Notes under the pieces: model-generated
What the model was told of the DNA's origin: nothing
What the model saw: only the letters and a program-made list of their open reading frames with translations
The model's database searches: none
From: Amoebophrya sp. A120
Lineage: Eukaryota > Protista > Dinoflagellata
Direction: 5' to 3'
Assembly: GCA_905178155.1 (NCBI GenBank)
Contig: CAJINV010000014.1
Coordinates: 1,891,888 to 1,955,887, forward strand
Length of the DNA stretch: 64,000 nucleotides
In this document: positions 11,731-24,934 of the stretch, piece by piece
Position numbering within the stretch: the stretch's first letter is position 1
Layout of the letters: each line of letters opens with the position of its first letter
Program-made: the position numbers and the translations under genes

Positions 11731-14700
11731 TCAGTATAGCGTCCTCGAGTTCCAGGCCAAAAACGATATCGCCAGAAAGTACATCAGAAAGCAGTAAAAG
11801 AACAGCATCAGTGTCGAAAAGTACCAACTGAACCATATGACCTGCTCAAACGTTACAATCTCAAACGTTACAATAGAATCTGGGATTTGTCTTGCATGAT
11901 CAACATGACAGACTCGGACAGCGTTCCACTTTCTGCAATACAAATTTCGCCAGATTGTAGTGGGGTTTGGGGCTCCGGAACTTGTCATGCGCAATCCTAC
12001 AAGAGTTTGCTAGATCATGCAACTTTGCATCACAGATTTCCATATTCTATTGTAACAGTTGACATTGTAACAGCTGAGCGCGTTATAAACCACCACGCCT
12101 CGGCATCGGCGGCGGCAATGTCCATGCGGGCCCACCACGTATCCCTTGCTGTGACAAAAGTGGCGTAGTTCGTGACCGCCCGATCTTCGGAAACCGACCC
12201 GGCGTTTGGCGGTGGGTTGATACTCGCGAACCCAACCGACGGGTTGTTCAAAGTTCGGTCGTTGAGGATTTCCGTTGCCACCGAATCGTTGGTCGTGATG
12301 TACGCCATCACCTTCAAGCCGAACGTGCTGGGCGTGATGTAGGCAAACCAGGAGATCCAGGACGGCATCTCCCGGACGGGCCGGAAAGACCCGGAAAAGC
12401 AGGTGGGCAGGGTGGAAAGGAGCAGCGGCGCCATCATCAACGCCCGATCCGGCGCTTTCGCGTTGGCCGTGGAGAGCAAGACGCCGATCCCCGACCCGCT
12501 GATCCCGAGCAACAGGGCGATGGCCACCCACGCGAACCAGTTGCAGGGGAGCCCCCAGGCGACGTAGGGGATGGTCATGACAATGATGGTTTGGAGGGTG
12601 ATCAACACCAATTCCACCACGAGTTTCGCGACCATGTAGGCGGACACCTTGTACAGGTTACTGTGGTACTCGCGGAGAAACACCGGCCGCTCCTGCGGCA
12701 CGGCTAGGGAGAGAGCGCTCGACCCGGACATCAACACCACCCAGGCCGTGAAACCGGCGGCGCCGTAGATGTCGATGATTTTCGCGGTGTATTTCATAAC
12801 GAGAAACTTCGCGGTCCACGACTGCTCCGGCGTCATTTGGCCGGACTGGATCATCTATCCTGTGCAAAAGTATCGCACTCGTAGTAATCGCAATCATGCA
12901 TTACAAATCTCCCTCTTAACCGAAATCCGCATCACAAATTCCATTTTTCATGCTGAGGGAATTTGTCATGTGATTTATGCTAGTAGTACGATGCTTTTGC
13001 ATTGCATATCATCTCCAGGGTGATGGGCGTCATCGTGCTGCTGTCGTAGAACGCGGTCCCGTCGTTCTCGCTGCCGTCAACCAGCTGTCGACCTAGGTTG
13101 AGAAAGGACAAGGAGTAGAATAGAATCTGCAGGGTCGGAATCACGAAACGGAACAACAGGCCGAAGGGGTCCCGGTGGCGGTGTACCGTTTCGCGGTGAA
13201 GTAGCAAGCACAACTGCGAGCAAAAGCCCTGAAATTGTGCGGTCTCCAGCTCCATTTCGTTTGTGACCGGAATTTCTTGCAAGTACTTCGTGTGTTATGA
13301 GAGTGCACAACTCCCCCACCCACTCATTTGTGTTGCATGAAGAGCAACACAAGCGCTGGCAAAGATGTAGCTTTTGCGTGGCAAATTCCTAGAGGATTGT
13401 AGTGCTGTTTTGGATTCCGGAGTCTGTGATGCAAACAGTGCTAACAGGCAAAGCGTGGACTTGCAATTTTGCATGACAAATGAGGGGGAGGGGGAGTTGT
13501 GCACTCTCATATGTGTTTCGTTTGGTCCAGAAACTTCCTTTTCAAAGCGTTCGGCGCGACCCCGAGGGAGTATCAAATGTAAAAATGTCTGGGTCTGGAA
13601 GAACGCAACTTGTAATGCATATTTCAGAACACAGAAAAGTCTCTCATGCATACGTAGCAAAAGCTGCCCATTTTCTCTCAGCAAAATAGGGGATTTGTGA
13701 TGCGGATTCGGCATTGCGGAAGCTTTTCGAAACCTGTGATGCTAGAGCTTTCATGCCAGGCCTTCCGTGTCATGCAAAAACAGCATGACTCTTCCAGACC
13801 CAGACATTTTTACATTTGATAGGGAGGGCCACAGGACAATGTCTCTCGCCGCGACCCGACTGTCGTTCACGGGTTTTTTCGGATTGAAATTGTCGTTCCG
13901 CAGACTAGTGTTGGATATGCATTGCAAAAGTATTGTACTAGTAGAAATAGCAAGACAAATAATGCCAAGAAGAGAAGTAGAATTTGTAATGCTGATTTGC
14001 CTAAGATCGGAGATTTGTCATGCGTCACTGCAATTACTACGAGTACGATACTTTTGCAGTGGATATTGGACTCCTGTTTGTTTTTTGAATCGATCTCCTC
14101 GACTTCCTCCTCATCCTCTTCCCGAAAGGTGATATCAAATGTAAAAGTGTCTGGGTCTGGAAACTTGTGATGCTGGGTGGCGTCTCATGATGAGGCTACA
14201 GATGCTGGCTCAGCATCACAAGTTTCTGAGCTCCTAGGTGTTGCCTATTCTGCATGACAAACTGCGCTTCTGCATCACAGAAAGACGGAGCTCTTGGGTA
14301 ACGTGCATGACAGATTTAAGAGTCATGCCAGACAAGCATGACAAACATGAATTCTCTCAGGAGACCCTGACATTTTTACAGTTGATAGGTGAAGAGACCG
14401 TCCAAGGTCGGCTTCGCCGTGTTTGCTCCAAAGCCGCCCGTGGTTGTGTTGTTCGCTGAGGATGAATTTTGCGCTGTTCTCCTGGATGCAGTGTTATTAT
14501 TCCCGAAGGAGCTGCCCCCAACTCCGGCGCGCATAGAGCCCATCGTGTTTTGGTGCTTTTTCCAGGAAAAGCTCGACCTCCGGTCCATCGAGACCACGTT
14601 TACCACGAGGTACTCGTTCTGCGTTTTATCGATGCTGTAATCCAAGAGTGGCACCCGGGGGGTCACATACCCGGGGTTCAGAATTTCGTACGCGCGGGCC

Positions 14701-17163
14701 GTTTGCTCTATGGAAGCGTCAGGTTTGAAATCGTCAAAGTTGAAATAATTTGTAATGCTAAACCGACCGAAACCACTACACAACCTGTAATGCATAAAAT
14801 GCATGACCCGAGGTACGTGTGTTGCAGAGCAGGCAAGTGAGGCCGATTGTCAGCCTGTTTGGGGTTACAGATCGAGCTGCTAAAGTAGCATGAGAAAATC
14901 GCTCTTCTTTGCCTAAACAGCATGACAAACTGGATTTAAGGACCACCGAAATTTGTCATGCGCCACTTGGAAACTGGGTTCCAACTGGCATCCATTTTAT
15001 GCATGGCAAATTATTTCAACTCTGTCGATTTCAACTCTGACACATCCATATGCTCGATGATCTCCCTAATCTCCGCCTCGTCGAGCGACTTATCAAATGC
15101 AAAAATGTCTGGGTCTGGAAACTTGTGATGCAAGTCAGGGAGCAATGCAAACACTGTAATGCACTGCCAGGCATGACAAGTTTTTCCGTGTTTCTGAGTT
15201 GCGTACTCCGCATGAGAAATTTCGTTTTTGCATGACAGAGAAGGGAAGGGCTTTGGGGCCACGCAATACAGAGCTCAGAGTCATGCGAGACTCGCATGAC
15301 AAATCTCGCAACCTCCAGACCCAGACACTTTTGCATTTGATACGACTGCGCCAGGTGCAACAGCCAATCGGCGAGATTGAACTGCACCGGCTTTGGGCGG
15401 GCGCAGATCAACGCGAGGAACCCCGGGATTGTGAAGATCGGGATCATTTTCTCATTTTTGTACTCCTGCTGCTGCACCATGGCAAAGGGGACCCCGGTTT
15501 GCTGGTCGTCCTGCTGCGCCGTCTGGGCCATCACCTCTTCCAGCTTCTGGTCGAATTGCTGTAGCAAATCTTGTTTTGGCGAAATTGACGGGGACGAGCC
15601 ATTCGTCTTGGGATTTTGAATTTGATTCGCTTGTTGCAGCCCTGGTCTGTACCCGAAGGCAGTTGTTTGCCCGTCTGTCGCTGCAGTCGCAGAGTTTGTC
15701 AACAGCAGCTCCTGATCTCTATTTGGGTTATTTGTCATCGTATTCGCAGCACTTCCCGCCCCAACTGTGGGATACAAATACGCCTCGCCGCCGAATTGCG
15801 TCAAGATTGCTTCTGCGGTTTTCCCGTTGTAGCCCGAGAAAAGGATTTCCCCGTCCCGCATGCAAATGACGCGGTCGAATTGGTCGAAGAGTTCGCTGGA
15901 CGGCTGGTGAATGGTGCAACAGATGATTGCCCGTTCCGATTCCGCGATCTTTTTCAGCTCTTGCATCAGCTCGAGGGACGAAAAGGAATCCAGTCCAGAC
16001 GTGGGTTCGTCCAGAAACAGCACGGACGGCTTGTTCAACAGTTCAATCGCGGCGGACACCCGCTTTTTCTGCCCGCCGGAGATCCCTTTCGTCAACGCAT
16101 CCCCGATCGGGACGTTTTTCACGTGGTTTAGGGATAACGTGTCCATCACGTGCGCCACCGACTTTTTCATTTGGTCCTCGGTGGTGGTGGTTGGGAGCTT
16201 GAGTTTCGCAGAAAATTCCAGGGTTTCCTCCACCGTTTGCGACCCCAACAGCGCGTCTTGCTGCATCACATACGCGATCGAAGACTTCAGATCCTCGAAG
16301 CTGACCTCCTTCCCGCCGTACCGAATTTCCCCCGTCAGCTCCACCCCGTTCCCCTTCCACGCCTGCCGCCCGGCGAGCAGATTCATCAACGTGGACTTCC
16401 CGGCCCCGCTCGGCCCGATCAGCGCACAGACCTCGCCCGGATAGAGCTTGCCGTAGCAGTTGGTCAAAATGTTTTTCCTCTTCGGCTTCGCACCAACCGT
16501 GAAGGTCAAATTCCGCCACTCCAGGCACAGCTGCTGCTGCTCGAGCAATTCGTCACTGTCATGCAGATCCTTGTCTTGTTGCGCCAACAGTTGCATATTC
16601 GCCATCGGACTGTTGTTGTTTTGGAGGTTTTGGCCGAAGTTATTATTTCCTCCCCCGCCTGCATTTGTCAACATGTCCCCGACGCAGAAGGAATGTCTGG
16701 GGCTCAGTTTCACCCTATCCTGCACCATCGCCCGCAGTTGCGCCCGCTCGACGGCAGTCAAAGTCTGCGCTCTCCTTTCTCCAGCCTCCCTCTGCACCTC
16801 CTGCAGCGCGTCTATGTCGTGCATATTGGTCGTGATAGCAGTTGTAGTTCCCGCGTTCGGCGAGTTGTAGCCGTTGGAAGTAGAATTGGTGCGGGTGAGA
16901 AGGTGAAACCCCGTGGTGGCGGGGCTGGGATCGGACTTCGGGTGCTGGTAGGGAGAGGGGGACTGGGGAGAGGTCGTCGTGTTTTTGATTTCTCCTCCTG
17001 CAAGAAGTGCTCCGGTACTTGTACCACCGTCGTTTAGCTGCACATGCTTACTCTGCTTCCTGTTTCTTGCGTTTAAGGACCGGGATTTTACCAGGAGGCC
17101 ACGCTCGAGGAGGTCCGACTCCTCCGTATACGAGTTCATTTCGGGGTAGTTGTCGTGCGACAT
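11731..17163 (-). CDS. ABCG (White-family) half transporter, 9 exons separated by 8 introners
   Basis: Walker A GPSGAGKS, signature ISGGQKKR, LFLDEPTSGLD, CTIHQP; TM domain with ERPVFLREY. Exons 17163-15343, 15085-15051, 14703-14388, 14127-14066, 13910-13822, 13565-13512, 13290-13009, 12850-12088, 11830-11731 join in frame and end ...AWNSRTLY*. Confidence 0.95.
11836..12087. mobile_element. Introner, family F6 (~44-bp imperfect TIR with doubled GTTACAAT)
   Basis: DR aacca; frame restored (AWWF|SWYF). Confidence 0.88.
12856..13008. mobile_element. Introner, family F2 (TIR TATCCTGTGCAAAAGTATCGTACTCGTA)
   Basis: DR tcatc; frame restored (LEM|IQSG). Confidence 0.92.
13296..13511. mobile_element. 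Introner, family F5
   Basis: tatgagagtgcacaactcccc / ggggagttgtgcactctcata; DR tgtgt. Confidence 0.92.
13571..13821. mobile_element. Introner, family F1
   Basis: Perfect ~32-bp TIR; DR gggag. Confidence 0.93.
13916..14065. mobile_element. Introner, family F2 (reverse orientation relative to the 12856 copy)
   Basis: DR ttgga; frame restored (QES|NTSL). Confidence 0.9.
14133..14387. mobile_element. Introner, family F1
   Basis: DR ggtga; frame restored (GLFT|FREE). Confidence 0.9.
14709..15050. mobile_element. Introner, family F4 (TIR TATGGAAGCGTCAGG..TGAAAT..TCAAAGTTGAAATAATTT)
   Basis: DR tgctc; core near-identical to 52167-52473. Confidence 0.93.
15091..15342. mobile_element. Introner, family F1
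   Basis: DR cgact; frame restored (LAQS|LDEA). Confidence 0.93.
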
Positions 17164-18850
17164 TTTGTGTCGTAATACTGTTTGGACTTCAATATGCGAA
17201 TTCTAAACTGAAACTGATGTGCTAATTCCAATCCGGGTAGTACTACTCCACCTTTAGTCTCTTACTTTTTGTCGTCGGAAGAAAAATATCAGTTGATATG
17301 AGTTGTGCAAATACAAAGGTAAAAGGTAACTTTCTGCGCAAGCGCAGTCGGTATCTTCGCGTCTAGTAGAGGCATGAGATGCAATTATTTGTTGCTGTTG
17401 CTGTATGTTGGGATGTCGATTCAAGTGTCTTGCTCTTGCATTTGCACCACTGCAGTGCATGAGCTGCGATGTGGTACACTGATGAATACAGGAGTTCTTC
17501 AGATCTTCAGAAGATAATGCTTACAACACCGTGGTGATGCAGCTATCGAACGAGTTTGAGATCGTTCTCGTTTTGTTTACTTCGACAGTAAAAATGTTGT
17601 TGGAACGAGATGGAAATCCATCCACCTTACTTCAGCAGCCGCAAACTCAGCATCCTCGGTAGAAACTGGGTGGTCAGATACTGATCGAGGAGAACTACAG
17701 AGGTGGCAGATCTTTTTCCGTACATAACCGACTTCTACCATTCACGTTCTCGTTCTGGTGGAGAAAACCGAGGGAAGATGCAAAAAGAACCGAGATCGAG
17801 CAGCCACTTGGGTCATGAAACTCACAGGAGGCCACCAGCTCTTCACACTCATATTACATTCTCTGCGAGATCTATCAACATTAGAGCAATCTGGCTTCAT
17901 CACCTACAACATCGCGGTCTTTTATTCTCATGAACATGTTACGGTCATTTGCCTGTCATGAACAACATACCACTTCCACTCATTAATACTGCTCATGATG
18001 CTACATCTATTGGGTCAACACGACCACACTATCCTTCTTTACTGTGGCGCTAAGCAGATGTCCGCTGCGTGTCTGAAGAATCATGCGTTAATTGTGCGAG
18101 TGCGTTAAAGAGGTGAATCAGAAATCAAGCATCAATTTGCTTTGCTCGAGAAACAGATTTGCATGGATGCCAAAAAAGACATCTGCAAATCCTGCCCTGG
18201 GCGGCGAGTTTTTCTTCTCGATGATTTTTGCTTCTTTGTGGCAACTTCTTCTTTGCCTGAATGTTCCTGACCTTTTGCTTTGTTCCTGCTTCTTATTCTT
18301 TGATGAAAAAAATTGTCGCGTCGACTATGTCCTCGTGTGTAGAAGGTCCAAAGATAAAGCTCTAGCAGGCGGCTTGAGACAACATACAGCTACTTTCAGT
18401 TTGACTGTGCAAAACCGAAAGTAGAGGAAGTCGATGTCCAAAGAGCTGCATGTAGAAGTGATGACTTCCGTGCTAGCATTGTCTTTGCCGCAACAAGCAA
18501 AAAAAGCGTAAAAAGAGATGATGATGAAATCAACATGCTATGTTGTTTTTTTTTTTTCTGCATGCTCGTGGTGTAAGAAGACTTCTGGTTCTTGTGATGT
18601 ACAGTTTTCATTTTAGTCTTCTCCATTCTAGCCGTATGTTGTAATCATCTGTTGAACAAGACTTTTGAGTCGATTGCAGGCCGCCTTCGAGAGCTGCATC
18701 ATGTCCTGAGTTTTGCAAAAAAAGAAGAAATGTAAAGTCCGAAAGAAACTTCTGAAACAGCTCTTGATCATGGTTGGTCTTCTTGACGCAACATCCTCCT
18801 CTTCTTCATCCTCACACTGCATACTTCAAGTTCAACCAAGATTCTTTATT

Positions 18851-21800
18851 TTAGAAGTACGCCACATCCTTTTTCAAATCAAAGCCCAGCGCTTCCAGGT
18901 TTTTCTTGCAGGCAAATTCCACCATGGGCGGGGGGCCGCAGAGCAGAAACACCGGACTTTCCTCCTTCTTCGGCAGCAGTTTTGAAATCATCTCTTTCGT
19001 GATGAACCCCTTTTCGCCCGCCCACTTCTCCGGCGGAAAGTCGAGGGTGAAGTTGACGGAGATTTTTCCCTTCGACTGCTTTTCCAGATCTAGCAAAAGA
19101 TCCTTGACGAGGATGTCGGACTCCGTCTTATTGGCGTAGAGCAGGGAAAATTTCGTGTCATCCTTGGGATCCCGGCAGGCCGCCTGGAGGATCTGCAACA
19201 TGGGCGTGATCCCGGATCCACCGGCCATCATGCCGACAGACTTGTGCTTTCGGGTACCTGGGTAGTAGAAGATTTTTACACAGATTTCGTTTGTACCAGC
19301 AGCGATCACTTTTTTTGGACTTTCGTCTAAGATTTTTTTCGCAAAATTAAATACGACATTTTTATTTTAGTACCATCAGCGAATGCAAATCAACATCATG
19401 TCCAGAAGAACTACGGCTTGCGACGGTGAAAGAAGTAAAGAAAATGTGGCATCAGGCCATGGTAAAGTACTAGAAGATCAAGGTGAAAAATCGAATCATC
19501 CAAAGAAGCAACTACGGCTCTCGAAATAGAAAATCTCCGAGAATCTCTATTTGAAATAGAGATTCTCGGAGGAAAATAGAAATTCTCCATGAGAAATAGA
19601 ATCGCTGTCCTCTTTTTTCTTTCTTTTTCTTTCTTTTTTTTCTTTTACTGTTTCACTGTTTTCCCACGTGTTTTTCTTATATTTCAGCAGCTTCTCCACC
19701 AGTGGCGAAGCCGAAATAGAGATTCTCCATCTGAGATAGAGATTCTCTATCTCAGATGGAGATTCTCTATCTGAGATGGCTGCCAGGCTTTGCTAGGTTG
19801 CGCCTCGCTAGGCCAGCAGCCCTAGCAAGCCAGGCCGTGCTAGGCTAGGCTGGCAGCCCTAGCAACTAGCCTAGGCTGGCAGCCCAGCAGGCCAGGCTCT
19901 GCTAGGTAAGGCTGGCAGCCCACCAGCAGGCCAGGCTTTCGCTTTCTTTGTTGGGCAGCCCAGCAAGATCGGCGCTTGTTGCTCGGCAGCCACGCCGGCC
20001 AGGCTTTCTTTGCTAATGCTAGGCAGCCCAGCAAGCCAGGCTTCGCTAGGCAGCCCCGGCAGGCTAGAGGTAGCCCAATCATGCTAGGGGCAGCCTGCCC
20101 AGGAAGGCTACCGGCAGGCCAGGCCGTCTAGCGGCAGCCCCCCCCCCGCAGACGGGCAAGGTAGAGGCAGCCCGAGCAGGCTAGAGGCAGCCCCGCTTGC
20201 CAGGCGAGCAAGCAAGCGCGCTAGGCAGAGTAGGCTGGCAGCTCGTCCCCGCAGGCCCGGCCACTGCGCGCGCCAAAAAGTTTTGCTATCGGGCGGGCTC
20301 CCAGCCACCAAAACACGGGCGGGGCGCATGTCTTCCGGCCAATGGACATTCCATCACCCCCACGCGCACCCCCACACACAAAAAACTTCGCGGTGCCGCG
20401 CACCATCGAAAAGGTGCGATCCCGTTCCCATTCCCACCCACGCACCGCCCACGGCCCTGGGATGGTGCGCGAGAAAGGGAGGGGGCGGCCGCCCTGCCCA
20501 AAAGGAGCAAGAAGCGCCCGCGCCCAGTGCGCGAGTTTTTCTTTCCATTCCCATCACGGCGCCAGACGCAACACGCGGGCGAGAAGGGGCGCGCGGCCAC
20601 CGCCGCAAGACAATCTTTGTGACGCACGCCCACACCGACTAGATCTGGCGCGCGATACCGTAGGGGCGCGCGGCGCTCCTCGAAAATCTTTGCTAGACCC
20701 ACTTAGCGCGCGGCCCCCAACCCACGGCGCCAGACTCGGCACGCGAGAACGCCCGCGCGCCTGCCCGAAAGAAGGCCCACGCGCGCAGCGCGCGAAATTT
20801 TTTTTGGCCCCCAAAACGCCCGCCGCCACCTAGGTGTGGCGCGCGGAAAAAGGGGGCACTACCTAGAGAAAAAGCTCAGGCGGGCGGAGCGCGAGAACTT
20901 TTTTTTTCATTCCCGCGACCAACGCCGAGAAGCGCGGCGAATGAAAAAGAGCGCGCGCCGCCTGCTCCAACAAACAGACCCCAGACGCGCAGCGAGAGAG
21001 AATTTACGCCATTCCATCCATTCTTTCCAATCACGACACTCACACGGCCACAACCCGCGCGAGGGAATTTAACCCATTCCCCCCGCAGCACGCGCGCACG
21101 ACCGCAACGCGCGAGAGCTTTTTTTGTTCCCCAACAAATGCGCCGCCATGAATTCGATCGCAGATCGGCGCCAAGGGAGCGCGGAGAACGGGCGGCGGGG
21201 GTGCGCGGCCGCTCAGAGAAAAAGGCCCGCGCGCGCGCAGCGTGCGAAAATTTTTGGAATTCGCTTCCACATCGGCACCAAGCGCGCCGCGCGGGCGACG
21301 GGGGCGCGCGGCCGCTCGGAGAAAAAAACTCGCGCGCGCGCAGCGCGCGAAAATTTTTTGAACTCGGCGCCACGTCGCCACCGTGCGTGGCGCGCGAGCG
21401 ACGGGGATGCGCGGCCACCCAGAGAAAGAAAATTCGCGCGCGCGCAGCGCGCAAATTTTTTTTTGCTTCGATCCCACATCGCCACCAGGCGCGGAGCGCG
21501 GGCGGCGCGTTGAAAAACTCGCGCGCGCGCAGCGCGCGAAAGTTTTTGACTCTCGACACCACATCGCCACCATGCGCGGCGCGCGGGCGACGGGGGTGCG
21601 CGGCCGCTCAGAGAAAAAAACACGCTGGGAAAATTTTGTGAATTCGATTCCGCTTCGCCGCCAAGCGTGGCGCGAGGACGACGGGGGTGCGCGGCCACTC
21701 AGGCGAAAAAACTCGCGCGCGCGCAGCGCGCGAAAATTTTTGGAATTCGACTCCACACCGCCACCAAGCGCGGCACGCTGACGACGGGAGCGAGTGCCCG

Positions 21801-24310
21801 GCCGCTCAGGGAAAAAAAACTTGCGCGCGCGCAGCGCGCGAAATTTTTTTGAATTCGATCCCACATCGCCAGCAAGAGCGGCGCGCGGGGGGGCGGGCGA
21901 CGGGAGTGCCCGGCCGCTCAGAGAAGAAAACTCGCGCGCGCGCTGCCCGTGAATATTTTTTGAATTTTTTGAATTCGATCCCAAATCGCCACCCAGCGCG
22001 GCTCGCCGCCCAAAAAAAACGCAAACGCGAACGGAGCGAGCGAAGTCTGTTGGCTTCTTTTCTTTCCCAGCCTAGGCGTGGCTCCCGCGAAAAGGACTGC
22101 GTGGCCGCCCAAAAGAAAATCGATCCTCGTGCGCAGGCAGCGCGCGAAATTTCCATGCCCACGCGCCTGGCACGGCACTTGGGCGCCGCGCTGCCGTGAA
22201 GGAGCGCGCGCCTCCCCACGCGCTCAAAAGACAAAGCCCGCACGCGCAGCGGAGGTCAGGTTCATTCATTTCGATCAATACGCCTGGCAAGGTGCGCGTG
22301 AAGCAATGCGTGCCCGCACGCAAAAAAATAAAAAGCTCGCGCGTGCGCAACGCGCGAAAAATTAACCATTCAAACCACCCCACGCACTGCGTGTGCCGCG
22401 CGGGCAAGGGGGAGTGTGCGGCCGCTAATGAAAAACAAAAGCGCGCGCGCAAATTTATATTTTTCGATACCAGCACGCCGCAAGATGACGCGCGCGGGCC
22501 GGCGAAAAGGGGCGCCCGGCTGCTTACAAGAAAAAGCCAGCGCGCACGCAGCGCGCAGAAATTTTTTTCATTTCCGTCACGCCAGATGCCGCGCATAGGC
22601 GGGCAAAAGCACCCGGCCGCTCAAAAAGAAGCCCACGCGCGCACAATCTGCGGGAATATTCTTTATTTCCCCTACGCCGGCCGCCAGGTCGGTGCGGCAT
22701 TATTCTTTCTTTCCCCACAACTGACTGCGGGCAAAAAAAGAATGAAAAAGCTGAACCCCCAGAGGCCGGAACATGCACAGAAACTTGTTTCCCCGTCCAT
22801 GGGCACGGAATAAGAAGAGCACTTTGCAAAAGTCAAGCGAGAGGCGAACATCTCGCAGCCGCAACGTAGAGGCCCCGCGTTTACTTCCCCAAGGGTCGGA
22901 CCGTCACACTTGGGCTTTTGCGCCAGAGGAAGGCCAACAGCTTTTGCGCCAGGCAAAGGCGAAGATCAAACGCAATCGAAGACAAATCGGGGGCCGATAG
23001 ATTCGACGCGGGAGATTCTCTATAGGGAGAATCTCTATTGGGCGTCGGGAGAATTTCTATAATATTTTTTTTTTCTAGACATAACTACATCCGTGCAAAA
23101 ATAAAATACCAGAGATTCCCGGCAGCTTGAATTCCCCCTTGCCCAGGTAGTTCAGCAGCCCGAAGGGTCCGTCGATGGTGACGTAGTCGCCGACCTTCTT
23201 CTTGTCCAAAAAACACCCACTCATTTTTCCGCCGTCGGCCCAGTCCATTACCCGGCCGTCCGGCATGGTTACCTTGCCCGGTCGGTACATTTTTATCACA
23301 AGGTCCACGTATATCCTGAGTAGAAACGTACCCACACCAGAGTTGTAATGCAGATTTGCAAAGACAGGAAGACTTGTAATGCGCATCACCATGAGAGCCA
23401 TTTCTTCCCGTCCTTTTGGAATTTGTGATGCTGTAAACAGCATGAGCAGCTGGATTTGTGATGCGGCTGCACTTGCTAACCTGCACTACACTGCAGAGTG
23501 CAACTTGTCATGCGTGACTCACAAAACTCCTAGGTTTGTGTTGCAGAATCCCCATCCTGACTCTGGTGTGGGTACGTTTTTACTCAGGATAACGTAGCCC
23601 TTGACTTCATCCCCGGTCACCGGTGTGTAGGCGCGCTCGATCTGCTTCTTCGTCGCCTCGGGGTCCTCTCTATCCTGTGCAAAAGTATCGTACTCGTAGT
23701 AATCGCAATCATGCATTGCAAATCTTTATCCCAAGGCAAAATAGCATGACAAATTCCATTTGATGTTATGCGGAGCTAATTTGTATTGCAATTACTACTA
23801 GTACGATACTTTTGCAGTTCATACTCCCGCCCGTTCCAGGTCTTTTCGGATTTTGACAAAGCCGGATTCGGCGCGTACACCTGGAGATTCGTGGTTTTTG
23901 CACATTGCAAAGTAAGAACTTCTCAGCGCTGCTGCTGAAACGAATGTCTGCTCGTGGTTTGACACAAGGAATGACTGTACCTGCTTTTTTACAGAGATCG
24001 ACTAATAATCTCTGGTACTAGAACAAATCCTCTGCTGCAAGAAGTCTTTATATAGTACCTTGAAGTGCTTCCCCACTGGCAGGCCGAGTCTCATGCCGCT
24101 CCTCGGAAAAGCTAGTCGAATCTGCTTGGTATCTTCGCTAACATTGACGATCTGGCTGATTTGCAGCTCCGTTTTTTTCCTCTGTAAAACCACACCGCCT
24201 CGCTGGGTCTTGAACCAGAACACAAAGGTCGCAAGGATGGCAACCGCGGCGGAAATCAGTGGTGCCAAGGAGGCCAGGTCGATGTTGGCGAGTGTAGCGG
24301 GCGGAGCCAT
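18851..24310 (-). CDS. NADH-cytochrome b5 reductase, 5 exons
   Basis: N-terminal TM anchor, LGLPVGKH, RAYTPVT, DLVIKMY, GGKMS, GPFG, MMAGGSGITPMLQ, LLCGPPPM. Exons 24310-24059, 23880-23824, 23665-23592, 23306-23110, 19257-18851; GT-AG introns 24058-23881 and 23109-19258. Confidence 0.95.
19522..23061. repeat. Composite repeat island inside the 3.85-kb intron; possible non-autonomous element
   Basis: ATAGAGATTCTC/GAGAATCTCTAT motif clusters at both ends (19522-19780, 23010-23061); CTAGGCAGCC-type short repeats in both orientations 19780-20240; ~8 units of ~100-bp CGCG/A-tract tandem repeat 21190-21990. Confidence 0.7.
23312..23591. mobile_element. Introner, family F3 (reverse orientation relative to the 2539 and 5018 copies)
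   Basis: tatcctgagtagaaacgtacccacaccagag / ctctggtgtgggtacgtttttactcaggata; DR acgta; frame restored (KGY|VDLV). Confidence 0.93.
23671..23823. mobile_element. Introner, family F2
   Basis: DR ctctc/ctccc (4/5); frame restored (NGRE|DPEA). Confidence 0.9.
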
Positions 24311-24934
24311 TTTTGCGGTTTTGTGGCTTAATATATGTGATGTAGCTGAAGTGATGAAGCTCCGCTTGTGCTTGTCCTATAGATACTTTCAAATCCTTTC
24401 GCGTTGCTGTCCGACTTTTGTACAATTTAGACGTGCTGCTTCGACCACTGTTAAAGACTGTTCGTAAAAATTTGGCTGTGCGGTTTTTATGTATCTTGTT
24501 CTGCTGTAGGTGTACTTTTTATCAAACGAGCGTACAAAATTGCTTATCTGAGGTCTTTATTCTGTGTTATAGTTCGCTCTACTCTTTTATGTCACTTACT
24601 GATGTATGATGATGCTTTATAACGGTTTTGCTATGAAAAAAAACTTTGACAAAAAAAATCGTCTCTCACAATGCTGTTGTGCCGTTCCTGTTGTGCCTGA
24701 GTGAAAATATTGGAAAATTATATGCTTTTTTCGTGTGCAGAACATAACATTTTTTTCATCTAGTCCAGCTGCAATTATTTTGGAGGAAGATCGTTTATTT
24801 TTTCGGACCATTTTGTCATCAGGCTATCTTCATTTTTTGCGGTTATTTATTCTCCTTGTGTTTCATCTCTTATTTATCTAGTCTGAGTGAAGATGCCATT
24901 AAGCACAGGGCGCTTCCTGCCGTCTTTGCTACTC

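Noticed and set aside
11731-17163. ABCG, Cyt-b5 reductase and RRM genes as transposon-disrupted pseudogenes
   Set aside because: All exons join in frame with intact motifs and no other lesions
19840-22956. Many Arg/Ala-rich ORFs up to 314 aa
   Set aside because: Products of CGCG-rich tandem repeats lacking stop codons, inside an intron
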